From NCBI GenBank assembly GCA_040755995.1, contig JBFMAF010000028.1, forward strand, positions 152,221 through 216,220: a stretch of DNA of 64,000 nt, in the 5' to 3' direction. The DNA is from Acidobacteriota bacterium. Lineage in GTDB: Bacteria > Acidobacteriota > CAIWXX01. A program made the position numbers and the translations under genes. The notes under the pieces were generated by a model that saw nothing but the letters and a program-made list of their open reading frames with translations, was not told the origin of the DNA and did not search any database. Positions 50,622 through 59,961 of this stretch are shown piece by piece (position 1 is the stretch's first letter; every line of letters begins with the position of its first letter).

Positions 50622-50654
50622 CCCGCGTTTTGAGCGGCGGCCGAGGAGGTCGAG

Positions 50655-51395
50655 ATGGCGGTTTTCGACAAGAGCACCAAGATAGGGAGGCGGGTCGCCG
50701 ACCCGATCACGGACGACACGCTGCCGTCGAGCGGCAGCCTGAGCTGGGGTTCGATCACGAGCGACGCCGCGCTCGCGGGCACTACCGGTGTGGACTGCAA
50801 GCTGGTGCACGGCGACCGATGGCAGCAGATCGACGGCAATCTCACCGAGAACATCAACAAGGATGTCCGGACCACGATCCTCTGCAACCACAATCACACC
50901 GTCATCCAGAACCAGACGAACTCGATCACCGGCAACCAGAACGAGACAGTCACGGGCAACCGCACGGGGACGATCACCGGAAGCGAGAACCAGACCAACA
51001 TTGGCACCCGCAACTGCGTCCAGGTGGCGCCGGTCTCCCGCCTCAACTCCGCGCCCGATCAGCAGCAGGAGCCGACCACCAAGATCAGGATCCTCGGCAT
51101 CGAATTCACGCAGCAGCAGAACCAGTACGTGTATACGACCGCTATCTGCGAGATTTACATAATCAAGTCGGAGACGTGGGCCGTGAAATCCGAACAAGGA
51201 GGACTGACCAACGGCGTGAAGGTGATCGACCTGGCCGGTGGAGGTTTGACGTTCGACACGAAGCTGATCCAGCTCGAGACCAAGGCGCTTAAGGCGCATA
51301 CGTTTGGAGCGACTGCGGACGTCGGTGCGGTGAAAGGCCGGCTGGCACCCGGTGCAGGACTGCCACCGCACCCACCCCTCACCGGCGCCAGCTGA
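50655..51395 (+). CDS. gp5 C-terminal beta-helix-like spike protein
   Basis: 8-residue repeats VHGDRWQQ/IDGNLTEN/ITGNQNET/VTGNRTGT/ITGSENQT. Confidence 0.7.
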   Translation: MAVFDKSTKIGRRVADPITDDTLPSSGSLSWGSITSDAALAGTTGVDCKLVHGDRWQQIDGNLTENINKDVRTTILCNHNHTVIQNQTNSITGNQNETVTGNRTGTITGSENQTNIGTRNCVQVAPVSRLNSAPDQQQEPTTKIRILGIEFTQQQNQYVYTTAICEIYIIKSETWAVKSEQGGLTNGVKVIDLAGGGLTFDTKLIQLETKALKAHTFGATADVGAVKGRLAPGAGLPPHPPLTGAS

Positions 51396-51457
51396 CGAGG
51401 GATGGCGCACAAGGCGTCAGAAAATAGCAGGGTTACCGCCGAAGGAGGCGACTCAGG

Positions 51458-52399
51458 ATGCCCGAACCAAATCAGGACCCCCATGGGAAGAAAGACGATG
51501 CAGCGAGACACCGGCTGCAGCCGATGGACCGGAACCGCGAGCTCTTTCCGCTCCGGCGAGCCTATGAGCTGACCCGCTGCTTCCTCTACTGGGTGCCGGT
51601 GAGCTCGTTTCCGCTGCCTCAGGCCCAACGCGGCTGGCTAATGCGCTTCATGGACCTCCTTGTCGAGTCGCTCAACGCCGAGCTGGGGCTTCAACCCGAG
51701 GTCTTCCTACAGATGAAGACTTTGTACCCGACCCTGATGGATCAATTTCTCAACGCCCAGGATGAGATGGGCCCTATGATCGGGCTGCTTCGCAAACCCG
51801 GCGCCCCCATTCCGAAGCCGCCAGGAGAGGAAGAAGTCATGGCCATGTCGCGGGCCACGCTGACCACAATGAAGCCTCCTGACGTCGCCAAGTATCTGCC
51901 CGACTACTGTTACCGCTTCCTCGAGCGCGCCGAGCGCAAACAGAGAGAGCTGTTCTTCGGGCACGGCGGTCTCACGATGATCTTCCTCAAGCCCGATGAC
52001 AAGCCCAAGCCCAAGCCACTGCCCTTCCCGCCAAAGTTGAAGGAGCACCCTGACTTCAAGCCTATCTTCCAGCAGTCCGATCCTGACAAACAGTTTGCCA
52101 AAATGCTGGCGATCATGGACGGCTTCCAGGCGAAGAGTAAAGAGGTCTTCGGGCGTGGCCTCGAGAAAGAACCGGTATACAAGGGCCTGGTGTTCATACT
52201 CCCTCTGCTGCAGGCCGCTGATTTCTTCAGCCAGCCGGCCGATGACGTGAAGCAGTGGTTCGATGTGTTCGACGTTTTCTTTTGCGAGAGCCCAGCGGAC
52301 CGCGGCATGTTGCTCGCCATGAAACCCGATTTCGAGACACAGCTGGTGGCGTTGATCAGACAGACCACCCAAGAAGTCGGCCCCTATGTTGAGAGGTGA
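51458..52399 (+). CDS. Hypothetical protein (vgrG-associated)
   Basis: Long ORF with AGGAGG RBS in operon; C-terminus similar to the next gene. Confidence 0.7.
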   Translation: MPEPNQDPHGKKDDAARHRLQPMDRNRELFPLRRAYELTRCFLYWVPVSSFPLPQAQRGWLMRFMDLLVESLNAELGLQPEVFLQMKTLYPTLMDQFLNAQDEMGPMIGLLRKPGAPIPKPPGEEEVMAMSRATLTTMKPPDVAKYLPDYCYRFLERAERKQRELFFGHGGLTMIFLKPDDKPKPKPLPFPPKLKEHPDFKPIFQQSDPDKQFAKMLAIMDGFQAKSKEVFGRGLEKEPVYKGLVFILPLLQAADFFSQPADDVKQWFDVFDVFFCESPADRGMLLAMKPDFETQLVALIRQTTQEVGPYVER

Positions 52400-52404
52400 C
52401 TGCA

Positions 52405-53130
52405 ATGGCTGACCCCTCTGGCCCGCGCGATCGCAAGACGACCGTACTGAAGAGAGTGCGATGTGAGAAGCCGTGGGACACGTTTGTGCTGCCGGTCTCG
52501 GCGTTCCCCGTGCCGAAGGCGGAGCTGACGCCGATTCGCGAGTTCGTCAGTGAGCTGGCGTCGAAGATCGCTTCCACACGCAAACTCGCATCGGAGGTGT
52601 TCATCCAGTTCGCGCAGCTCCATCACGAAGACGGCCCCACGCGGCTCTCGGATCACGGGCGCGAGTGGATGCCCACAACCGGGCTCGCGGTCTGGCCCGA
52701 TCGCGAACCGCCCACACTCTGGACCATCGACGAGCTGACGAATGTCCTTCCCGGGGAGACGGTCAGGCCGATGATGAACGTGGTCTTCAGGCTCATGGGG
52801 CCGATCCCTGCGCGCGAAAACGCTCGAGACACCATGATGGGCCTCGGCACAATCATCGAGATCATGATCCAGGGCAGCGCCGACGAGTTCCTCGCAGCAG
52901 CGCACGCCGTGCTGTATCCACCTCTCAAGGAGCCGTCGCTCAAGTCGTTCCCTTTCTACGTGCCGCTCCTCGAGGCGAAATCGTTCGCGAATGCGAGAGC
53001 CGAACAGCTCGCCACGTGGCTCTGTGGAGCCAAGGCGTACATCCGTGAGAGTGTCGAGGACAAGGGCATACTCATCGCATCGGATCAGCCGCTGGAGCCC
53101 CTGCTGGCCAACGTCGACATCCGCGACTGA
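52405..53130 (+). CDS. Hypothetical protein (vgrG-associated, paralog of the previous gene)
   Basis: In operon; shares F..PLL.A..F......W......ES..D.G.L.A motif. Confidence 0.7.
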   Translation: MADPSGPRDRKTTVLKRVRCEKPWDTFVLPVSAFPVPKAELTPIREFVSELASKIASTRKLASEVFIQFAQLHHEDGPTRLSDHGREWMPTTGLAVWPDREPPTLWTIDELTNVLPGETVRPMMNVVFRLMGPIPARENARDTMMGLGTIIEIMIQGSADEFLAAAHAVLYPPLKEPSLKSFPFYVPLLEAKSFANARAEQLATWLCGAKAYIRESVEDKGILIASDQPLEPLLANVDIRD

Positions 53131-53142
53131 CCGGGCCTGTCA

Positions 53143-53168
53143 TACAGCGCGACGTGAGTCGCGCTGTA
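53143..53168. terminator. Hairpin between convergent genes
   Basis: TACAGCGCGAC-GTGA-GTCGCGCTGTA, perfect 11-bp stem; no U-tract. Confidence 0.5.
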
Positions 53169-53235
53169 CGGTGCCGGGACCGGCCAAAACTGCGGCGAGC
53201 CCGGCGCCCACTCGCTTACAGCTCGACCCCCGCGC

Positions 53236-55380
53236 CTACTTCGGACGCCGCTGCAGGTCGAGGCGCATTACGCACGTGCCCGCCAGATCGATCCTCGATC
53301 CCTTCTTGATCCTGTACGGCTTGCCGGGCAGCACCGGCTTGCCGTCAAGAAAGGTGCCGTTTGCGCTGCTGCAGTCAAAGAGGTACAGCTTCTCTCCCCT
53401 GCGGTGTATCTCGCAATGGAACCGCGAGATCATCCGCTCCACGTCCTGGATCACAACGTCGTTGCGATCGCCGCCGTCTTCCTGCACCGCGCCGAAGCAG
53501 ACCACTTCCTTGTCGATCCTGTAACGCTTGCCCTTCTCGACCCCCTTGATGATCTCGACGTACGGGTCCTTCTTGCGGCTTCGCCGCACCAGGAGCGAGA
53601 CCAGCCCGACGAGCGACAGGCCGCCGAGGCCGAAACCGCCGAACGTGATGTACCGGCGGATCCGCATCCTGGCATCGATGATCGAGCCCAGGCGCGAGAC
53701 TTCGGGATTGGTCGGTGCGATGTTGCGCGCAACCTGAATGGCAGCGTGCGCCCCCCTCAGGTTGCCCGAGAGCAGCGCGCTCTCCGCCTTCTTGAGCGAA
53801 TCGCGGAGTGTCGTCGCCGTATTGGCGGTCTGCTGCCGCTGGCTCGCGGCCTCCTGGTCCTTCTTCTCCTTCTCCTCCGCCCGCCGTTTGATCTCGGCCT
53901 GTGCATCCTTGCGGGCACTGTAAGCCACCTGGTTGCCGGGGTCGAGCAGCAGAATTTCCTCGTAAAGCTTTACCTGTTCTTCCAGCGTCGGCGCGCGCAA
54001 GGCCTGCTCGGTAAGACGACTGATCTTGGCCTGCCGCTCAGGATCGGCTCCAGGCATGACAAATGGAATGCCTGCCTGCTGGCCCGGCACCTGCCCGGGA
54101 AGCGGCTGCACCTGAGGCTGAGCCGCTCCACCCGCCTTCTCCGGCGGCGGGCGCGCAGGCAGAGGCTTCGGCGCCGGGCCGGGCGGCCGCGGCAGCGCGA
54201 CAAGGCCGATGTTCTTGAAATCGATGGCGCCGCCGAAGGAATCTCCCCTCAGGCTGATCGTCCCCGCGGCGATCCTGGCCTCCGAACCCGGATCGCGCCC
54301 CTCCGAGCGCGTGTCCTCGTATGAGGTGACGGGGAACCCGTTCACCCACACATCGATGTGCCGGCCGCGGGCGTTGATCGTTAGAGTGAAGAAAAGCAGC
54401 CGGCTGTCTTCTCCGACTATCATGCGGGCGCGCTGCAGGTTGAACAGACCACCTGTGCCGTACTCCACCGGGCTCTTTCGATCCTGCCCCATGTACTCGT
54501 TGCGGATCTGGCACTCGTAGCCGCTGCCGTAGACACCCGCGTCTCCGCGGAGGAACACGCCGCCGTCAGGATGATCGCCTGCCTGCGCAGGCGGGGTCCG
54601 CGCGCTGAGCTGCAGCAGGAAGTTCTCGTAGGTGGATGTCGTTTCGAGCTGCCCCGGCCCGTTCTCCACGTGGATCGCGCCATCCCGCACCGACCACTGC
54701 GATCGCGCCTGCGACTGCGGGATGTCGACCGCGCGCCATCCCGAGAGATCCTGGCCGTTGAAAAGCGGCCGCAGGCTGCGCGGTTTCAGCTTGATGCTGC
54801 GGAACTCCACCTTGGCGCCCGTCGACGAGGCCAATCCGATGTAGCCGGCGGAGCTTTTCGCATTGTGCGTGCTGAGGAGGCGGATGCTGTCGAGCATCAC
54901 GACGAAGCTGTCGCCGTTGGCATTCACTTCGAGCTGGTGCCAGAGGCCTGGCAGCGCCTTGTACGGCGCGGCTCGCGCGACGCCCACGAGGCTGCCCGTA
55001 GGGTACCCAGCGTCTGCGTTGTTGATCTGTATCTCGTAGCCGGTCTCCTGAGGCGCGCCCGTGCCAGCGGCTCGCAAGTAGACTCCACTGTCGCCTTCGC
55101 CGTTCATCCTGAATTCGCATTTCAGACTGAAATCGCCGAATACGCTGGAGGTTCGAAGATACCCCGTCGTCCCCGCCTCGCAGACGATGGCTCCGCTCGT
55201 CGCCTTCCACCCGCCGCCCTCCTGGACCCATCCGTACAGCGACGCCCCGTCGAAGAGCAGAATCCAGCCCTCTTCCATCTCCGTCGGCGACAGCGTGTTT
55301 GCGTGCGCCGGTGCAGAGAGCGCGAGTGGTAGCACGGCCAGGGCCGCCGCGAGACACGACGAGCGCGCCATTCGCTTCAT
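53236..55380 (-). CDS. Two DUF1080 (3-keto-disaccharide hydrolase-like) domains + helical/TPR region + TM + FHA
   Basis: GW.LLFDG.S..GW and LFNGQDLSGW, SGV.LR, GYE.QI, FR.IK; TM FGGFGLGGLSLVGLVSLLV; FHA ISRFHC..D..S.NGTF. Confidence 0.8.
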   Translation of the reverse strand: MKRMARSSCLAAALAVLPLALSAPAHANTLSPTEMEEGWILLFDGASLYGWVQEGGGWKATSGAIVCEAGTTGYLRTSSVFGDFSLKCEFRMNGEGDSGVYLRAAGTGAPQETGYEIQINNADAGYPTGSLVGVARAAPYKALPGLWHQLEVNANGDSFVVMLDSIRLLSTHNAKSSAGYIGLASSTGAKVEFRSIKLKPRSLRPLFNGQDLSGWRAVDIPQSQARSQWSVRDGAIHVENGPGQLETTSTYENFLLQLSARTPPAQAGDHPDGGVFLRGDAGVYGSGYECQIRNEYMGQDRKSPVEYGTGGLFNLQRARMIVGEDSRLLFFTLTINARGRHIDVWVNGFPVTSYEDTRSEGRDPGSEARIAAGTISLRGDSFGGAIDFKNIGLVALPRPPGPAPKPLPARPPPEKAGGAAQPQVQPLPGQVPGQQAGIPFVMPGADPERQAKISRLTEQALRAPTLEEQVKLYEEILLLDPGNQVAYSARKDAQAEIKRRAEEKEKKDQEAASQRQQTANTATTLRDSLKKAESALLSGNLRGAHAAIQVARNIAPTNPEVSRLGSIIDARMRIRRYITFGGFGLGGLSLVGLVSLLVRRSRKKDPYVEIIKGVEKGKRYRIDKEVVCFGAVQEDGGDRNDVVIQDVERMISRFHCEIHRRGEKLYLFDCSSANGTFLDGKPVLPGKPYRIKKGSRIDLAGTCVMRLDLQRRPK

Positions 55381-55531
55381 CTGGAACGTCACATCAACAC
55401 CTCGACTTGGCAATAGCGATGGCTTCACTACAGCGCTATCGTACGGGAAATCGCGCGGCAACGCAACGCGCGTGACGCTGCCGTTCCTCAAGTCGTCCCG
55501 CCGCAGGTGGCTCAGTGAGCGTTCACGGGAT

Positions 55532-56509
55532 TCAACGGAGCAGGTACGCCAGCCCCAGACCGACCTGCGCGATTATCATCGTCGCGTACATCAGCATCCA
55601 TGAAGGATGGTTCTCGACGGAGGCCAGTTCGTGCGGGTGTCGCAGGATCATGCGAAGCGCGTAGACGCCGCACAGGATGAGCACCGCGGCGAGCAGGACC
55701 AGAAGCGCCGGGCTGCCCGAGAGAATTCGTCCGTCCCCGGGGGCCGGCAGGCAGGTTCCCAATGGGAACATGAGCCAGGGCATTACGAAGGCGGGCGAGA
55801 TCATCCTCGCGGCTTTCGCCGGGCCGTAAACGACTGGCAACGTGCGGCATCCCCCTATTCGGTCGCCCTCTACGTCGGAGAAGTCCTTTGTCGACGCAGT
55901 GCCGAGGATGTAGAAGAAGAAGACGGACCCGAGGTACCAGGGCTCGACAAGTGCGACGGGGGCAAACAAGGCCCAGCCGCCAGCCTGCACGAGCTCGCCC
56001 CGGGCAACCGCGATGGTCACGTTGGCCCAGACTCCGAATCGCTTCGTACGCCCCAGCTTTGGCACAGAGTAGACCAGCGTGCACAGCAGCATGCCGAGGT
56101 AAATCCAGAAGCAGACGTGCGCGCGCAGCGGAGCGAATATGCGCGCCAGGAAGTCCGCGTCGTGCGGCGGAGGCACCAGAAACCAGATCGGCACGATCGA
56201 TGCGAAGTACACCATCGCCGCGCCCCATGCCGCTTGGTCCGGCGCCACGACACCGCGGACGAGCGGCCGGTGCGGCTTGTTGACGCGGTCGATCTCGACG
56301 TCGTACACCTGATTGATGAAGTTCGATGCTGCGTTCATCAGAGCAGCGCAGCATGCGGCGATCGCCGCCTGCCAGAAGAGCGCCCACGTAAACGCAGCGT
56401 GAGGATTGTGCGCCGACGCCCAGGCGCACGCCGCTCCCGAGAGGATTCCCAGAAACGGCGGGACGAGAGTGAACGGCCGTGCCATGGAAATCCACGGCCT
56501 TACATTCAT
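55532..56509 (-). CDS. UbiA-family prenyltransferase
   Basis: NQVYDVEIDRVNKPHRPL and KDFSDVEGD Asp-rich motifs; multi-TM. Confidence 0.88.
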   Translation of the reverse strand: MNVRPWISMARPFTLVPPFLGILSGAACAWASAHNPHAAFTWALFWQAAIAACCAALMNAASNFINQVYDVEIDRVNKPHRPLVRGVVAPDQAAWGAAMVYFASIVPIWFLVPPPHDADFLARIFAPLRAHVCFWIYLGMLLCTLVYSVPKLGRTKRFGVWANVTIAVARGELVQAGGWALFAPVALVEPWYLGSVFFFYILGTASTKDFSDVEGDRIGGCRTLPVVYGPAKAARMISPAFVMPWLMFPLGTCLPAPGDGRILSGSPALLVLLAAVLILCGVYALRMILRHPHELASVENHPSWMLMYATMIIAQVGLGLAYLLR

Positions 56510-56694
56510 AAAGTTCTCCACCGCAATTCGGCTAAAGCCTACTCTAGAGGCTGATCCGCCTCGACGTCAATTTGCGGCCATTGCGCGGCCGCGACGTCTT
56601 CGCGGATGCGCAGTCCGCGGCTGTCGAGGCCTGTGCGAGGAGAGCGGATGCACGCACGGGCACTGACCGCCTGCCCTGCGCCGGGCGCGATGCG

Positions 56695-57648
56695 TCAGGA
56701 TGGAGAGACTGCGCCCAAGCCGGGCCAGGACGACGTGAGTCCGTTCCGGATCAGCGCTGCGGGGCCGAGCCGGAGCGCCCCTGGCGGGCAGCCTACGTGC
56801 TTCCGAAAGGCGTGCGAGAGGTGCGACAGGTCTCCGAAGCCGGCCACCGACGCGATCTCGGTTACGGGCAGCGCGGTCTCGAGAAGGAGGTTGATGGAGC
56901 GGCGGAGGCGCATCCGAATCAGGTACTGGTGCGGGGTAAGCCCCACTTCCTGCCGGAACATGCGCACGAAGTGAAAGCGGCTGAGCTGGAGCGCGGTGGA
57001 GACGTCCGAGAGCGTGACTGGGTCTTTCGCGTGGGTCTCGATGAAACGGGCAGCATCGCGAACCCGCGCTCGCGCGAAGCGCCGCCTCGACACCGGCGTC
57101 ACGCCATCCTGGGCCTCGCACGCCGCTTCCGCCTCTCTCGACACCTCCGCAGCAATCGTGCACAGCAGCTCGAGCAGGCGCAGTCGATCACCTGCGTCCC
57201 GAATCGCAACCCAGACGAGCCTGTGGAGGGCCTCGATCCGCGGCGCAGGCGGCAGCACCGGCACCGCGAAGTAGCGACCGCGGGCACGTTCGATCCCCGT
57301 GCGCATCCGCGACACCAGCTGCTCCATCACCGCCTCAGGATACTCGAACACCGTCGACTGCGCGTGGCTATCGAACTCGCGCAGGATTTCATACGACTCC
57401 CCAGGATTGACGAGGATGACAGCGCCGGGTCCGACCAGATGCGTCTGCCGGCCCGTACGGTAGGAAAACGCACCCTGGCGAACCACGGCGAGCCGCGCTG
57501 CCGAGTGCTCGCCAAGACAGGGACGGCTCGGTGTGTCCACCTGGAAAGACAGATTCAGCACCCGGACCCCGCAGGCACCGGCTATGACCTGCACGCCCTC
57601 CATGACGCCCTCCGGCCTCACGGCCGGCGTGATCTCGCGTCCGTTCAT
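56695..57648 (-). CDS. AraC-family transcriptional regulator
   Basis: Cupin-like N-terminus; LS.FHF.RMF....G.TPHQYL..RL; IA..GF.DLSHLS.AFRK..G.PP. Start uncertain. Confidence 0.88.
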   Translation of the reverse strand: MNGREITPAVRPEGVMEGVQVIAGACGVRVLNLSFQVDTPSRPCLGEHSAARLAVVRQGAFSYRTGRQTHLVGPGAVILVNPGESYEILREFDSHAQSTVFEYPEAVMEQLVSRMRTGIERARGRYFAVPVLPPAPRIEALHRLVWVAIRDAGDRLRLLELLCTIAAEVSREAEAACEAQDGVTPVSRRRFARARVRDAARFIETHAKDPVTLSDVSTALQLSRFHFVRMFRQEVGLTPHQYLIRMRLRRSINLLLETALPVTEIASVAGFGDLSHLSHAFRKHVGCPPGALRLGPAALIRNGLTSSWPGLGAVSPS

Positions 57649-57903
57649 TCCAATCCCCAATCTTCCTTCACCAATGATTATCGACCGGCCTCGCCCGCCT
57701 GAGGAGCATTCGGGGACGACAGGCCCAGCTGCGGGGACGAGATGCGCTAACTCAATGATCTGCTGCACGCAGCCGGTGGGCGATCGGAAGCGGGGTCAGC
57801 TGGCCTTGCCGTGCACCTCGACGTGAACGTGAACGTCTACGTCGAGTCGATGCGCGGACTTGTCAACCTGCTGACCCGCGGTTTCCTTCCAGGCCGCGCT
57901 TCG

Positions 57904-58671
57904 CTAGATCGAGTCGCCGAGAAGCTCCTGCAGCTTCTCCCTGTACCCCCGGCTCAGCGTCAGCTGCGTGCCGTTTCTGAGCACCACGACGTACTCGCCA
58001 TGAAACCACGGCTGCAGCTCCCTGATTGCCTCGATGTTCACGATGGCCGAACGATGGATGCGGAAAAACTTCTTCGGATCGAGGCGGGTTTCGATCGCGT
58101 TCATCGTGCCTCGCACCAGGTGCGACTCCTTGCCCACATGCAGGGTCAGATAGTTGCCGGCGGGCTCGATCCAGTCCACATCGCAGGCCTTCAAAAAGAA
58201 GATCCGCCCGGTGGACTTGATCACGAAGCGCGTGAGATACTTTTGCCCGGCCGCCACCGTGTCCAGGAAGCTCAAGAGCCGCTCCGTCGCGTCGGCACCC
58301 CTCGAGCCCTTGAGCTCGGAGCGGGCGCGGTCGAGCGTCGATTGGAATCGGTCCCGGTCGAAAGGTTTCAGCAGGTAGTCCAGCGCATGGACCTCGAACG
58401 CCTTCACCGCGTAGCGGTCGTATGCCGTGACGAAAATGACCGCAGGCATGCGTTCGGGCGGCAATGCCTGAAGCACCCCGAAGCCGTCCATCTCCGGCAT
58501 CTGCACGTCGAGGAAGATGAGGTCAGGCGAGTGCTCGTTGATCGCCGCGACGGCGCTGCGGCCGTCAGCGCACTCGCCAACGCAGATGATGTCCTGCTGG
58601 TCTGCGAGCAGAGCTCTTATCCGGTCGCGCGCCAGCGGCTCGTCGTCGATGATGAGTGTGCGGATAGGCAT
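57904..58671 (-). CDS. LytTR-family response regulator
   Basis: REC (IIDDEPLAR, FLDVQMP, TAYD, DYLLKP) + LytTR (FFRIHRS.IVN). Confidence 0.93.
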   Translation of the reverse strand: MPIRTLIIDDEPLARDRIRALLADQQDIICVGECADGRSAVAAINEHSPDLIFLDVQMPEMDGFGVLQALPPERMPAVIFVTAYDRYAVKAFEVHALDYLLKPFDRDRFQSTLDRARSELKGSRGADATERLLSFLDTVAAGQKYLTRFVIKSTGRIFFLKACDVDWIEPAGNYLTLHVGKESHLVRGTMNAIETRLDPKKFFRIHRSAIVNIEAIRELQPWFHGEYVVVLRNGTQLTLSRGYREKLQELLGDSI

Positions 58672-58677
58672 GCGCCG

Positions 58678-59793
58678 TCAGCGGGTCTGCTGCGCCTGCG
58701 CGCTCTGCGGTATCTCGAGGCGAACGAGCGTGCCGCCCGAGCTCGGGCTGAGCAGCTCCAGCTTGTGAGCATCCCCGTAGAGTTGCTTCAGCCGCGCGCG
58801 CGTGTTCGCCAACCCCACGCCCTCCTCGACTCCGCGAGCGCCCTTCGCGCCGAGGCCGCACCCGTTGTCGCTCACTTCGACCTCCAGCACCCCGTCTCGC
58901 TTTGCCGACCGAACTTCGATATGACCCCCCGCCGCGCGCGGCGCGATTCCGTGGCGAACGGCGTTCTCGACGATGGGCTGGAGTATCAGGCTGGGCACGG
59001 GTGAATCGAGCGTGTCGGGATGGATGTCGAATCTCACCGACAGGCGGTCCTGGAAACGCATCTTCTGGATGTCCAGGTACGTCTCCAGAAACTGCAGCTC
59101 GTCGCGTAGCGCGACCTCCTGGCGGCCGGAGCTGTCGAGGGTGAGGCGCAGGAGGTCCGCCAGCCGCGCGATCATGCGTTCCGCGGCATCGGGGTTGCTG
59201 TGGACGAGAGCGGAGATGGCGTTCAGCGTGTTGAAGAGGAAGTGCGGCTGGAGCTGCATCTTGAGCACCTGGAGCTGTGCTTGCGCCAACTGCGCCTGCA
59301 GCTGCGACGCTACCAGCTCGCGATCGCGCAGCCGCCGCTGATACTCGAACGCGTAGATCACGGAGAGCAGAGCGCCGTAAGTAATGAAATTCCACGGGAG
59401 CCACATCACGCTGACGGTCGGGAGCCCCTCGGCGAGCCACGAGGAGACGTACTCCGGGAGCCGCATGAAAAGATCGAGGGTGGCGGCGACAGCGAAATAG
59501 AGCAGCACGCACAGGGTCGAATAGAAGACGGCGCCGACGAAATGTATCAGGACTATCGCCCGCCAGGACCGGGCCTCCACGTGGGCCCTGCGGGCAATCC
59601 ACCACACCAGCGGGGTGAAGGCGCCCATGATGTAGCAGTCGACCAGGTTCCAGAACAGCATCTGCGGCCAGTTCTGTAACCCGCGCCTCGCGATGGCCTG
59701 AACGGTGAAGAGCAACGCGATCGTCGTCCACAGGCCGAAGACCAGCCCGACGTTCTTGAGGATCGCGCGTCTCAGCATCACCCAGCTCGTCAT
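58678..59793 (-). CDS. LytS-type sensor histidine kinase
   Basis: TM N-terminus; QLQPHFLFNTLN, LQPIVENAVRHG, GVGLANTRARL. Start approximate. Confidence 0.9.
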   Translation of the reverse strand: MTSWVMLRRAILKNVGLVFGLWTTIALLFTVQAIARRGLQNWPQMLFWNLVDCYIMGAFTPLVWWIARRAHVEARSWRAIVLIHFVGAVFYSTLCVLLYFAVAATLDLFMRLPEYVSSWLAEGLPTVSVMWLPWNFITYGALLSVIYAFEYQRRLRDRELVASQLQAQLAQAQLQVLKMQLQPHFLFNTLNAISALVHSNPDAAERMIARLADLLRLTLDSSGRQEVALRDELQFLETYLDIQKMRFQDRLSVRFDIHPDTLDSPVPSLILQPIVENAVRHGIAPRAAGGHIEVRSAKRDGVLEVEVSDNGCGLGAKGARGVEEGVGLANTRARLKQLYGDAHKLELLSPSSGGTLVRLEIPQSAQAQQTR

Positions 59794-59961
59794 AATCATA
59801 GCATGTATGACCGATGGCCGCGCCACATGCATCTCGGCGGGGATGAAACGCCGTGCGCCGGGGACGAGACGCAGTGACACGGTGACGCGGAGACGTGCTG
59901 AAACGATTCCCGGCCGGCTCTCGGCGTGCCGCCGCAGCCCCCATTGAGGTAGAATACGAGG

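Noticed and set aside
49047..53130. Prophage
   Set aside because: No capsid, terminase, integrase or tail tube/sheath genes nearby.
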